Shown here piece after piece: positions 43,630-53,665 of a stretch of 64,000 nucleotides of DNA. The stretch comes from a virus, in IMG/VR virus record IMGVR_UViG_3300011116_001253, positions 3,734-67,733 of that record; one strand, given 5' to 3'. Both the position numbers and the translations under genes were made by a program. The number at the start of each line of letters is the position of its first letter. Position 1 is the first letter of the stretch. Below the pieces are notes generated by a model. The model had not been told where the DNA came from. It was given only the letters and a program-made list of their open reading frames with translations, and made no database searches.

Positions 43630-45450
43630 ATGTCTCTGCAAATACAACAAGGTGATTACATATTTTATCAGGATACCTCAGTAGGTGGTCCTCCTGTTAT
43701 TTGGAATTGGAACTTTCCAGGTGGAACCCCAACAGGGAGTTCCAATCAAAACCAAATAGTCAGATACCTGTCTCCTTATGTTCCAGGATATAATGCTTCT
43801 TTGTACGTCGAAGATTCTTTTGGCGTTTTTTCCTCTAAAACGGTAAGTAATGCTATCTCTGTTACATCTGAGAATCTATCCTCGGTTGCACTTTTATGTG
43901 CATATCCTGTTCCTCCCACGGTAGATCCTTCATTATTTCAAGAGGGTGTTGTGGCTTTAGGTCAAGAACTTATTTTTTCTGCTACAGGTCCGACTGCTAA
44001 TCTTTCTTACTATTCTTGGAATCTAGCTGGAACAGGAGGATTTACTGGAACATCACCAGATCAACCACTAAAAGTTCAAAGCTGGCTAGATCTCACTGGA
44101 TCTGAGTTTGGTAGTTTATATCAGATTGGTCCGGGTACGCCTTCAACTTTGACTTATTTTTCGACCCTTGATAATAGCGTTCTCGTATATTCGGGCGCTC
44201 TCTATTTGAAAGCCGGACTTCCAGAAATTTTTAATTTTTTGAGCGGAACTGGAACATTCTCATCTCCAACAGGAGGTTATATACAGACAACCAAAACAGA
44301 TGTAGCAACAACATCTACAAATTTAGGTGGTGGTGGATACATCTTTAAATTCGATCAACCACTTGGTCCAACCGCCGCAATAGAGAATTCTTATTCTAGT
44401 AGAGTTGAAGGAGAACTGGTTGATTTTTGGTCTTGCAGCTGGGATTTTGCATTTCCCGATACCAATAAACCAGGAGCATTATTAAATATGCAATATTTAG
44501 CTTCCTTAGGAGGCTTTCAAGCACTTGGTGTTATTGAAAATGGCTGGGAAAGTCTAACGAGATATACTGAAGGAAATTATATGTTCTCTGGTGATCTAGC
44601 AAACTATTTTAATTCAACTTTTTACCTCGGTGATGTTTCTAATGATACTAATATAAATGGATTTGGAAATGTTGGTAACAGTGCACTTCAGCAACTCTTT
44701 TTTAATGATGCTTATTATGCCTCGCAGAGCTCTGTTAGTTTATCCTCGAGAACTGTTTCTAAAACACCAGCTGGACTTCTTTTGTCCTTGGATGGAGGAT
44801 TAGGCAGTGGACATGTCTTGCAATGTCTCCCTTCACCAGGATTGGCAGGATATAATGTTAGAATATCTCTATGGATTCAGTTCAGTTATGATGGAACTTA
44901 TAACGGAAATTCTTATTTTTCCGACATTATCGAAATCGATCTTCCTGAACCTGGTAATAGTCCGGATGGAACATTATATTTAGTTCAGGATACTCTGGAT
45001 CATGGTGGAACCGGTATAGCTAGCTACATAAATAGTGCTTTAGCATCGGCTCAATATGGTCCATATTCTAACAATATAGAGGCTTTTTCAAGTCCAGATT
45101 ACTGTTGGAGACCTGCTGATAATGCTTTAACTATTGGAGTTGATTCTCAAGGACTTAAATTGGTGATCAAAGATAATTATGTTCCAAATATACTTGGTAC
45201 TTATGGTCCTGGATACATAAGCTACGTTGATATCTATGGAAATCATGACACATGGGATTCTCCATATAACCAATATCCAATAGCAGGATTGGCTGGTAAT
45301 CCATACCCAATACCAGGACCTGATGTTGAAGGTAATTGGCTTTCATTCTATTCCAGCAGAATTGGTAATCCTTATGGATTGAGCAATCCTAGTGAACTTC
45401 CTTTCAGAGGATTCAGGTTTAAAGGATATGGTGCATTATTTAATCCGTAA
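43630..45450 (+). CDS. PKD-domain-containing virion surface protein
   Basis: YQDTSVGGPPVIWNWNFPGGTP..S..QN..VRY is a PKD signature. Gly/Ser/Thr-rich. Confidence 0.65.
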   Translation: MSLQIQQGDYIFYQDTSVGGPPVIWNWNFPGGTPTGSSNQNQIVRYLSPYVPGYNASLYVEDSFGVFSSKTVSNAISVTSENLSSVALLCAYPVPPTVDPSLFQEGVVALGQELIFSATGPTANLSYYSWNLAGTGGFTGTSPDQPLKVQSWLDLTGSEFGSLYQIGPGTPSTLTYFSTLDNSVLVYSGALYLKAGLPEIFNFLSGTGTFSSPTGGYIQTTKTDVATTSTNLGGGGYIFKFDQPLGPTAAIENSYSSRVEGELVDFWSCSWDFAFPDTNKPGALLNMQYLASLGGFQALGVIENGWESLTRYTEGNYMFSGDLANYFNSTFYLGDVSNDTNINGFGNVGNSALQQLFFNDAYYASQSSVSLSSRTVSKTPAGLLLSLDGGLGSGHVLQCLPSPGLAGYNVRISLWIQFSYDGTYNGNSYFSDIIEIDLPEPGNSPDGTLYLVQDTLDHGGTGIASYINSALASAQYGPYSNNIEAFSSPDYCWRPADNALTIGVDSQGLKLVIKDNYVPNILGTYGPGYISYVDIYGNHDTWDSPYNQYPIAGLAGNPYPIPGPDVEGNWLSFYSSRIGNPYGLSNPSELPFRGFRFKGYGALFNP

Positions 45451-45468
45451 TCATAAAAATTAACAAAA

Positions 45469-48400
45469 ATGCCTAATAGTACACTATACATAAACGATAT
45501 TTCATTAGATAAAGAACTTTTTGTTTGGGCCAGTGGCCAAGACCTAAGAAAATATAACGGAACCTCGTGGGAATATTATAACAGCCTGAATTCAGCTGTT
45601 CCTCAAGCTTCTCCCTATTACTTAGATACCCGCAGTATTTCAATTGATAGTGAAAATAAGGCTTGGGTTGGGGCTGCACAAGGTCCAACCTCAGGATATA
45701 ATGAGGTTGCTGTTTTTTGGGTGAATACTAAAAACGTTTCTGAGGGTGACTCCTGGAATTTCTCTGACCTAGGTAGCTTTAATAAGCCACAAGAAATTTC
45801 ACTGATTTATTCTTGTCCTTTTGGTGATGACGTATTGGCTTTTTCTACGCCATTGAATGGTGTTGGTGGAACTGGTGCTACATCTTATACCAATTTCTTT
45901 GGTGTCACGGGAGGAAGACTTTTTCAATACTTAAAAGAAACAGATCAATGGAATGAAACTGTATCTGACTATACTTGGCCTCACATATATTCAATAACAA
46001 CAAAGGGTAATGGTGGTAACGAATACTATTACTATCTAGGAACTAGTGAGGGTCTGATGGTTATCCCTCAAGGAATTCTGAGCACAGTAGAATTAACTAA
46101 CGGTGAAAAGTACATACAACAGGCAACGGTCTATAACACACATACTTCTGGTATAATCTCTGACAAAATATATTGTTTATCATTCGATGAGAATGGAAAT
46201 CTATGGATAGGAACAGATTTGGGTCTATCTTTCTTTGATGGAACGAAATTTTGGAACTATGCTCTTGATGGACCTGTAACTGCTATACATTCTAGAGACA
46301 ATGGACACGTTTTCTACGCAAAGGGAGATGGCGAATTATTACAGGGAACCGGCATCTGGCACTTCAATGGATCGACACACAGTCAAATAAATTCATCCAA
46401 TTCAAATTTACAAAACAACCAAGTTTTAAATCTTGAAATATTAGAGCATAATATAGTAGAAGGATCTAGAGTGCTTCATGAAAATTCCTTTTGGGTTTTA
46501 GAGTATAATTACTTATCATCTTTAGATTATGATTTACCACATGTTTATGCTTCTTCTAAGTATGCAGGTGCAACAGGATGGAATTTTACCTACTTTACTC
46601 CAACTGGAGGTGCACCGGAGCTTCCTAAAATTAATAAATACACCTGGACATATCCAGAATGGCTAGTTTATAACCAAGAGTATTTAGCTGAGAAACACCC
46701 TGGATTAGATCCAAGAAATTTATTCTTGACAACCAAATTATCTGAAATTGCGAACGGAAAGGCTGGGGAACAAGCTTATTGGAACAATTGGCCTTTACCT
46801 GTTTATTCGGATTCAATAGAGATTGATAAAATACAAGCACCTGCCTGGGACGGAGAGATCCAAATCTATAACGGAACCCAATCGAATATAAATGTAACAT
46901 CTTCAACGGTTCAAGAATTTCAGGGCTCTGTGAAATATTATGTTGCTGGAAATTTGAGTTCTCCTGTTCAAGGTAACAGTGTCACAGCCCAATTTGGATA
47001 TTACTCCGACGGAACACCAGCAACTTTAACCGCATTCAATCCATCGATCAACGCTAATTTAAGCTCGTATACTGACACTTTTAGTCAAGGTAATACTTCT
47101 TTTATAGTTTGCTATTCTGAAGCAGGTATGGTTGATGCAATACTGCCGTTTAAAGGAAATAGCACTGAGATTCAGAGCTTATGTTCTAGTTGGGATGGAA
47201 ATTACATTTATGCAGGGGGAACTTTCAATAAGTTTATCGAGATTGGAGATTTCTTATGGAGCTCATCTGAAAATATTTTAGGTCCAACTGGACCAACCGG
47301 AGCACCAGTTGGTGTAACGAATAATCAATTTTTTATTAATGGGCCTACTTCTTCTTATCCTTGGATCTATCCATATTCATCTTCAACCTCTGGAACTTAT
47401 TCTTGGAATGTAACTCCGAATCTGGGTGATAATATTAATGTTAGCTCAGGTAAGGGCGATTTGGGATTTCTTGGTTATAGTGCGGGAGCTACAGGCACAT
47501 GGCAAACATTAAATAGACTATATTTAAATTACACCGATAATTTTGTAAGCTCCAGATTAACTTTCCTCAATAACGTTTTAACTGGATCAACCATCAGGAT
47601 AAATCTGAATTCAGATCAGGCTTATTATAGAGTCGATGGTTCATCGAATAATTCAGGCTCAAGTATAACTTTTTGGTTAACGTATCAGAGCGGAGATACT
47701 GGAAATGTTTCTACATATAATCCCGGAGCCAGCTTAAGCGCAGAATTTTTATATCACTATTCTAACACTTTCCCTTATACCCGTTATCAGAACTCTTTAC
47801 AAAGTAACTCTTCAGCATTCTTCGTTGCCAAAATTGGCCGGGATCTCGGTAACATCTCCACTTTTTCAGGATTGACTGGGGGTTATCAAACATCAGTGAG
47901 AAAATCTTATAGAATTAATAACTTCAGACATTTTCCTGTTATTGGAAATTATAATACTGCAACACAGAATATAAACATAGATGTATCAAAGTATTACTTG
48001 AACATCGGTATTTCAAATAATTCTGGTACTAATCTATACTCGACACTAAAAAACAAATGGGATAGAACCGACGATTTCCCTGATGCCTCATCTAGTTTTG
48101 GTAGTTCTACATCATCTCATTTTATCTCATACGTCAAATTAACAACTGATGATCTCTCTCTGATAGATGCAAAAACTAGTCAATCTACTGATTTTATTTA
48201 TTTGAATGAGCTTCAATCTTCAGACAGTGAGAACAGTGTGCTTCTAACTGGAGTCTCAGATAGTGATTTTTCGATGTTAGATTTGAATATGAATAATCCA
48301 ATTGGAGCTTCAAGTTCATATCCATTTTTTCTAATGTCAAACCAAGGGATGACTGGAATAACAGGCTCATTTATAGATATAGGTGGAACCTCATCTTTTT

Positions 48401-49467
48401 CTAATTTAAAAAAGATCTCTTGTGATAAAGACGATAAGTCACATTACTTCATTTCCACAATTACTGGAGATTATGGACAGGGATTAACCGGATATTACTT
48501 TGGTAGTGAATATGTTCTAGGATCAACTGGTCAGAATTATTTTCTAACCGCAAAGATAACAGAGCAGGCACAAGTTTTAGATCTGTTCACCAATCCGACT
48601 GGAGTTCTCGATCGAGATATGCAAATTTTATCTTTTGAAAATTTGAACTCCGAACAGAATTTCATAACATATCAAATAGGAACTACAGGCTTGACTGGAT
48701 TTAATATCGGATTGCTTAAAATAAATATGGATGGAAAGAATCTGGACTCTGATAACTTTGGAGAGTTTGACGGACCAGTATCGACAATTTCGGATTCAAA
48801 TTCTAATGTGTTTATATCCGGTGCAAACTGGGCAGGATTAACGGGAGGAACCGCTTATATTAACATTGGAGCTACATCCGGATTTAGTCTTTTGTCTAAA
48901 CAGTTTGTTCCACAATTGGGTATTAACTTAGGTAACATTATTTCTAGACCTGGATCAGGAGCATGGACTTGGTGCGATGTACATTCAACAGATAAATATT
49001 TGGAAATTCCAATTCTATCAACGGTTATATTCAATAACTATAACTCAAACATATACGGAAAGCAGAATAATACTTGGATTCTAAGCGACTCTCGTTCGGG
49101 AAGAGAAATTTTAAATGTTAAATCAACTCCTTATTTTATTTTCACTTTTACTGAATCTGGTTACTTCACCCTATATAATAAAGTGGAAGATGCTGCAGGA
49201 AATATCTACGAAATATCTAAGCCAGGTTTTATTCATATAGTAGATCATAAAGCAGAAAAAAAAGCGGATGATCAAAAACCTGATTTTGTTGATTCTAATG
49301 ATTATGGATATCCTCAGGTTCCTTTTTCTACTAGAAATTACCAAGTGGGGAGATTAAATAAAGATCTAATTGCACAAGAGACTCGGATCTTGGAAGAAAA
49401 TAGCACCCAGTTTGGATCGGGTGTAGTTATTCCTGGAAATCCTGATGCTACTTTCATACCCGAATAA
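45469..49467 (+). CDS. Large beta-propeller-containing tail/baseplate appendage protein
   Basis: ISDKIYCLSFDENGNLWIGTDLGLSFFDG resembles two-component regulator propeller repeats. C-terminal PKD/Ig-like segment. Confidence 0.6.
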   Translation: MPNSTLYINDISLDKELFVWASGQDLRKYNGTSWEYYNSLNSAVPQASPYYLDTRSISIDSENKAWVGAAQGPTSGYNEVAVFWVNTKNVSEGDSWNFSDLGSFNKPQEISLIYSCPFGDDVLAFSTPLNGVGGTGATSYTNFFGVTGGRLFQYLKETDQWNETVSDYTWPHIYSITTKGNGGNEYYYYLGTSEGLMVIPQGILSTVELTNGEKYIQQATVYNTHTSGIISDKIYCLSFDENGNLWIGTDLGLSFFDGTKFWNYALDGPVTAIHSRDNGHVFYAKGDGELLQGTGIWHFNGSTHSQINSSNSNLQNNQVLNLEILEHNIVEGSRVLHENSFWVLEYNYLSSLDYDLPHVYASSKYAGATGWNFTYFTPTGGAPELPKINKYTWTYPEWLVYNQEYLAEKHPGLDPRNLFLTTKLSEIANGKAGEQAYWNNWPLPVYSDSIEIDKIQAPAWDGEIQIYNGTQSNINVTSSTVQEFQGSVKYYVAGNLSSPVQGNSVTAQFGYYSDGTPATLTAFNPSINANLSSYTDTFSQGNTSFIVCYSEAGMVDAILPFKGNSTEIQSLCSSWDGNYIYAGGTFNKFIEIGDFLWSSSENILGPTGPTGAPVGVTNNQFFINGPTSSYPWIYPYSSSTSGTYSWNVTPNLGDNINVSSGKGDLGFLGYSAGATGTWQTLNRLYLNYTDNFVSSRLTFLNNVLTGSTIRINLNSDQAYYRVDGSSNNSGSSITFWLTYQSGDTGNVSTYNPGASLSAEFLYHYSNTFPYTRYQNSLQSNSSAFFVAKIGRDLGNISTFSGLTGGYQTSVRKSYRINNFRHFPVIGNYNTATQNINIDVSKYYLNIGISNNSGTNLYSTLKNKWDRTDDFPDASSSFGSSTSSHFISYVKLTTDDLSLIDAKTSQSTDFIYLNELQSSDSENSVLLTGVSDSDFSMLDLNMNNPIGASSSYPFFLMSNQGMTGITGSFIDIGGTSSFSNLKKISCDKDDKSHYFISTITGDYGQGLTGYYFGSEYVLGSTGQNYFLTAKITEQAQVLDLFTNPTGVLDRDMQILSFENLNSEQNFITYQIGTTGLTGFNIGLLKINMDGKNLDSDNFGEFDGPVSTISDSNSNVFISGANWAGLTGGTAYINIGATSGFSLLSKQFVPQLGINLGNIISRPGSGAWTWCDVHSTDKYLEIPILSTVIFNNYNSNIYGKQNNTWILSDSRSGREILNVKSTPYFIFTFTESGYFTLYNKVEDAAGNIYEISKPGFIHIVDHKAEKKADDQKPDFVDSNDYGYPQVPFSTRNYQVGRLNKDLIAQETRILEENSTQFGSGVVIPGNPDATFIPE

Positions 49468-49499
49468 AAAAGGCTAAATTACTGTAATTTAGCCTTTTT
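49467..49499. terminator. Bidirectional terminator between convergent genes
   Basis: AAAAAGGCTAAATTAC-T-GTAATTTAGCCTTTTT. Confidence 0.85.
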
Positions 49500-49505
49500 G
49501 TATTT

Positions 49506-50273
49506 CTATTCTTTTCCTGATTTTGGGTTTTTTTGTTCCCATTCATCAAAGGTTTCTTCTATTATTTTTACTATAGGATCCCTAACTATATCCGATACTG
49601 AAAGATTCATGGTACCTATATCTTGCTTGTTTTCGAAAAGTTTTACAACAAGTTCTAAAGCTGACATTTTAGAATTTTTAATATCGATCTGTTTCGTGTC
49701 CCCTGTTATAATCATTTTGGTGTCCGTTCCGATTCTAGTCATAGCAGACCTCATATTTTTTTGAGTTATGTTCTGTGCCTCGTCTACTATGATGATTGCA
49801 TTGTCTATAGATCTACCTCTGATATAGGCTAAAGGTAATACCTCTATATAGCCCTGATCTAGCATCAATTGAGTTAAAGCTTCTCCTATTAGTTTGTGAA
49901 AATTGTCCAGAAAAGAGATTGTAAATGGATACATTTTCTCTTTCAAATCCCCTTTTAAAAATCCAACCTCTTCACCCTCTAGAACCGTTACACTTTTTAC
50001 CAGAATTATCTTTTTAAATCTTTGGTCTGTCTTTAGCAATTTGAGTGCTTGAGCACATGCTAGATAGGTTTTACCCGTCCCTGCTGGTCCTGCTGCAATA
50101 GTGATTTTGTTTTCATTTATTAGATTTATGAGTTTTTTCTGGTTTTCATTCTTAAACTTATAATCTAGTTTGAGTTTTTGTGGATCGAATCTAGATCCGT
50201 GTTGATTTGGGTTTCCTGAGTAAAATGTTTCGTAAAACTCTTCGTCTGTGATTTTCTTTTTTCTACTTGTCAT
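49506..50273 (-). CDS. phoH: PhoH-family ATPase
   Basis: GPAGTGKT, GFLKGDLKEK, LAYIRGRS, IVDEAQN, TRIG, GDTKQID and DIVRDP. Confidence 0.93.
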   Translation of the reverse strand: MTSRKKKITDEEFYETFYSGNPNQHGSRFDPQKLKLDYKFKNENQKKLINLINENKITIAAGPAGTGKTYLACAQALKLLKTDQRFKKIILVKSVTVLEGEEVGFLKGDLKEKMYPFTISFLDNFHKLIGEALTQLMLDQGYIEVLPLAYIRGRSIDNAIIIVDEAQNITQKNMRSAMTRIGTDTKMIITGDTKQIDIKNSKMSALELVVKLFENKQDIGTMNLSVSDIVRDPIVKIIEETFDEWEQKNPKSGKE

Positions 50274-50291
50274 AGAGGTTTTTTATTTTAT

Positions 50292-50453
50292 TTAGTGACA
50301 AAACACCACAACTCCTGGTATTTTGCTTTTTTTTTGCTTTAATAAATGGGAATGTAATTTTTCTGGATTTTTCTGGGAATAAAATCCACCTTTTTGACTT
50401 AAATGAATGGCTCCGATATAGATATTACTCAGTTTGGTTTTTTTAGCTGTCAT
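50292..50453 (-). CDS. Small basic protein (53 aa), below the ORF-track cutoff
   Basis: Hand translation: MTAKKTKLSNIYIGAIHLSQKGGFYSQKNPEKLHSHLLKQKKSKIPGVVVFCH*. It fills the gap between a minus-strand late-type box and phoH. Confidence 0.45.
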   Translation of the reverse strand: MTAKKTKLSNIYIGAIHLSQKGGFYSQKNPEKLHSHLLKQKKSKIPGVVVFCH

Positions 50454-50476
50454 ATTTAAGTGTTGTCGGAGACAGT

Positions 50477-50486
50477 GATATATATT
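50477..50486. promoter_or_regulatory. Overlapping divergent late boxes: GATATATA (+, 50477-50484) and AATATATA (-, 50479-50486)
   Basis: Sequence GATATATATT between divergently oriented genes, flanked by TTTAAGTG/CACTTAAA. Confidence 0.55.
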
Positions 50487-50515
50487 TCACTTAAAAAAGA
50501 AATAAAAGATAAAAA

Positions 50516-51424
50516 ATGGCAACAGTAAACATTTCGGAAATTTTAGGATCAGATTCAATTTCTGGGTCTAGAACAACTATCAATTCCAACTTCTTAATTT
50601 TACAAAACTGGATAAACGGTTATATTACAGTATTTGGAGTTGACAGTGTCAATGGAATTTTAGATTTAACCGGAGCATCAACGGGAAAAGTTGCTGCTAA
50701 AATTGGTTCTTTCGATTCAATCTCGGTACCAACAACAGGTGTGGCTAAAGCCACTGTTAGTAATTCTGGAGCTGCATCTTTCGTTGATGTACAAACAACT
50801 ACACTAACAGCATCAGGATCAGTTACATTGAATGGAAATATTACGCTTGGAGCATCTTCAACTTTAGTGGTTGGTGGAACTGCAAGTTATAATGGATCTT
50901 TATCCATCAATGGATTATTAAAGCTCGGTCCAGCAGGTCATATAGTTAGCTCTAACAGCGTTTCTGCTGGAACTACTGGAACTGCTTTTCCTGCAAACAC
51001 TTCAGGAATCGGTGGTGGCGGACGTTTAACATCTGTGAATGCTCCTTATGCTATTACTGGATTAGAGGATGTAATTTACGCCAATTGCGGTCCGACAGGA
51101 TTTTACCTTAAAGTTGTTGATGGCACATCTGCAGTAGGAGCTACACTTCCTAATATACCTCAAGGAACTAGAATAACAATAGTAAACACATCTGCTGCGA
51201 CAGGTTATATCTATACTGGAATAACAGGCACAAGCAGTACATATTACACTGGATTTAACACCAGCTCAAGTTATGGTGGATATTCTTCTACTGGAATAGT
51301 TGTTAGCCAGAATAAATCGTACAGATCTTCTATCACATTACAGTGGGAACCTAGAGTTGGTCAAGGACAAGCAACTCAGAATGGTTCTTGGATCGTCTTG
51401 GGATCTAGCAATGTTAGTGTTTAA
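50516..51424 (+). CDS. Virion structural protein, fibre/baseplate appendage-like
   Basis: N-terminal ILGSDSISGSRTTINSNF attachment-type motif. Gly/Ser/Thr-rich beta structure. Confidence 0.55.
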   Translation: MATVNISEILGSDSISGSRTTINSNFLILQNWINGYITVFGVDSVNGILDLTGASTGKVAAKIGSFDSISVPTTGVAKATVSNSGAASFVDVQTTTLTASGSVTLNGNITLGASSTLVVGGTASYNGSLSINGLLKLGPAGHIVSSNSVSAGTTGTAFPANTSGIGGGGRLTSVNAPYAITGLEDVIYANCGPTGFYLKVVDGTSAVGATLPNIPQGTRITIVNTSAATGYIYTGITGTSSTYYTGFNTSSSYGGYSSTGIVVSQNKSYRSSITLQWEPRVGQGQATQNGSWIVLGSSNVSV

Positions 51425-51448
51425 TATTGAAAATAATTTATAAATTAG

Positions 51449-53650
51449 ATGGCAAAAACTCCATTTATAAGACCTTTGCAAACTCAGGGTGGAACGTTCT
51501 ACACTTTCTCTTCAGCTGCTGAGGATCTTTCGTTTACCTTTAATAATTCTGTTGATAAATTTAGATTTTCGAAATTTGCACTTCTAAACATACCGAACAT
51601 CGATAACAGTGCTTCAACCGATACAAATTTAATCAGATTAAATGGTCCAGACAGTGCTTTTTTAGATTGGGCTAATTCAACAGGTCAAATTATAACAGGC
51701 GATGGAAATATCGATTTTTCACAGAGCTTCCAGAGCTATTGTTTAAATTTTGAATCAACTGTTACTGGTACTGATGGATATGATTCAACTCTAAAGCAAA
51801 ATATCTCAGAGAGAGTTTTCTTCAAGTGGCTTAAAGAAATAGGTGCAATTCGATGGAGAGCTTCAAATTCCACTGAAGTTTCACCAGCTTTAGATCAAAA
51901 TACAGTGACTGTTGTTAACGATCTTCCAATAACACAAAAAAGGTATGTTGAAGGCGATGCCAGTCCAGGGACTACTGGTTCATATGGCATGACAGGAGCA
52001 ACGTATAATAGAGTGGTACAGTATATCGGGAATCTAGACATCGTTAATTCGGTTAAAAATTCAACAAACGCTTATTCTGAAGTTTATGTTTACATTCCAA
52101 CAAAGGATGGAAACACTCCTTATGTTTTGTTTAAAAATGTAGTAGACGTTAACTATTATCCTGATTACCAATGGACAAATAATCCTTCTAATCCGTTAAA
52201 TGACGAGTATTTATTTGGGAGAAATTACACTGACTCAAATCCTAGCGGATTGACAACACTTGCAATCTTTGATGATGATGTTTTAGGCCAACCTGTTGCT
52301 TCTTACTATGACACCGGAACATTAGGTGCAACAGCAGCAGGAAATTGGTATTCACCTAGAGATACTGCTAACACATATTTTAGTGAAGATATTTTTACGG
52401 ATCCTTCGAATTATATTCTAACTAAGACCGCTAATTCTAACACTTTAAACTATGTTAGAAGTAAATTAGATTCTATAGGGATAGATTTCAATCCTAATTC
52501 TTACCAGGGGATATTAACCAATCCGAATATAACAACTCTAGAAGAGTTTAACGCAACAGCAGATGCAGCAGATTTCTCTTTCAACTGTGTTTTAATATAC
52601 TATGATGTGTATGATCCGGCAGAGCCAACCAACACAGCTACTAACTTATATGGTGTTTTATTTCTTGATGATGTAATCAATTCAGGAGGCGAAGTTTATA
52701 TCCCTAGATTGAATAAGTATCGTCCTAACCCTGTGACTAAGTTGAATGGTAATTCTTATGGATTAAAGCTGAATCTAAAATTTGATACTGATATAGATCA
52801 AACTGGTGTTGAACAGGCTATCAATGATTATTCTCCATTCTCTCTTTCGATGTTTATGGACTCGCTTAACGTTCTTCAAGATGCAAGTTCAACCTTGAAT
52901 AACGCTTCATCGGAATTCATAGATCTAAGCAACAGAGTTACTGCTATAGAAAACATAACATTATCTTCTTCGACTGCTCTGAATTTAGATAAGAGAATTT
53001 TATCTCTAGAAAAAACTCTTGCAGCTAATCAGGCTTTATTTAGTAACACCCAATCTATCATGCAATTGATTGGACAGAATTATGATTTAGTTAGAGCTAT
53101 TTTAAATAACCAAACAAATGTTCAGATTTCTTATGATCTAGATCTTATAAAACAAGGACCTGGTATAACTGTTGATAGAACAGTACCCAATGAGGTTGGT
53201 ATTATTAACTCTAATCAAGATTTCAATATTGGTGACAATCAAGGATATGGTACATTAACTCAAGACGGAAATAATAAAATTCCACTCGTTAGATATTCTA
53301 ACTATTTCAAACATGTGAATGGAGGAATTCCACTAACACTCACTGGAGATTTGACTATTAGACTTGATGATTCTGCGATCACATGGAAAAAAGGACAAAG
53401 ATTTAGATTTTCTTTTGGAGATCCTATTTATCCTGGATTTTTTATAATCACTTTCTTAACAAATTCTTTAGGTTTATATCCTCTGAATAATCCTAGTGGA
53501 ACTAGCTATTCGACAGTTATAACTGCATTGGATAATGCAAATCTTGCTGACTATGATTATAAACCTGTTTTAGATATCGTATGTATAGATGAGAATTCCC
53601 TTAAATTCCAAGTGGATATCGTTGGAAAAAGTTTGACAAATAATCAATAA
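51449..53650 (+). CDS. Virion structural protein (baseplate region)
   Basis: 733-aa ORF in the late cluster with a central coiled coil. Confidence 0.5.
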   Translation: MAKTPFIRPLQTQGGTFYTFSSAAEDLSFTFNNSVDKFRFSKFALLNIPNIDNSASTDTNLIRLNGPDSAFLDWANSTGQIITGDGNIDFSQSFQSYCLNFESTVTGTDGYDSTLKQNISERVFFKWLKEIGAIRWRASNSTEVSPALDQNTVTVVNDLPITQKRYVEGDASPGTTGSYGMTGATYNRVVQYIGNLDIVNSVKNSTNAYSEVYVYIPTKDGNTPYVLFKNVVDVNYYPDYQWTNNPSNPLNDEYLFGRNYTDSNPSGLTTLAIFDDDVLGQPVASYYDTGTLGATAAGNWYSPRDTANTYFSEDIFTDPSNYILTKTANSNTLNYVRSKLDSIGIDFNPNSYQGILTNPNITTLEEFNATADAADFSFNCVLIYYDVYDPAEPTNTATNLYGVLFLDDVINSGGEVYIPRLNKYRPNPVTKLNGNSYGLKLNLKFDTDIDQTGVEQAINDYSPFSLSMFMDSLNVLQDASSTLNNASSEFIDLSNRVTAIENITLSSSTALNLDKRILSLEKTLAANQALFSNTQSIMQLIGQNYDLVRAILNNQTNVQISYDLDLIKQGPGITVDRTVPNEVGIINSNQDFNIGDNQGYGTLTQDGNNKIPLVRYSNYFKHVNGGIPLTLTGDLTIRLDDSAITWKKGQRFRFSFGDPIYPGFFIITFLTNSLGLYPLNNPSGTSYSTVITALDNANLADYDYKPVLDIVCIDENSLKFQVDIVGKSLTNNQ

Positions 53651-53665
53651 TAATAAAAGAAGAAA

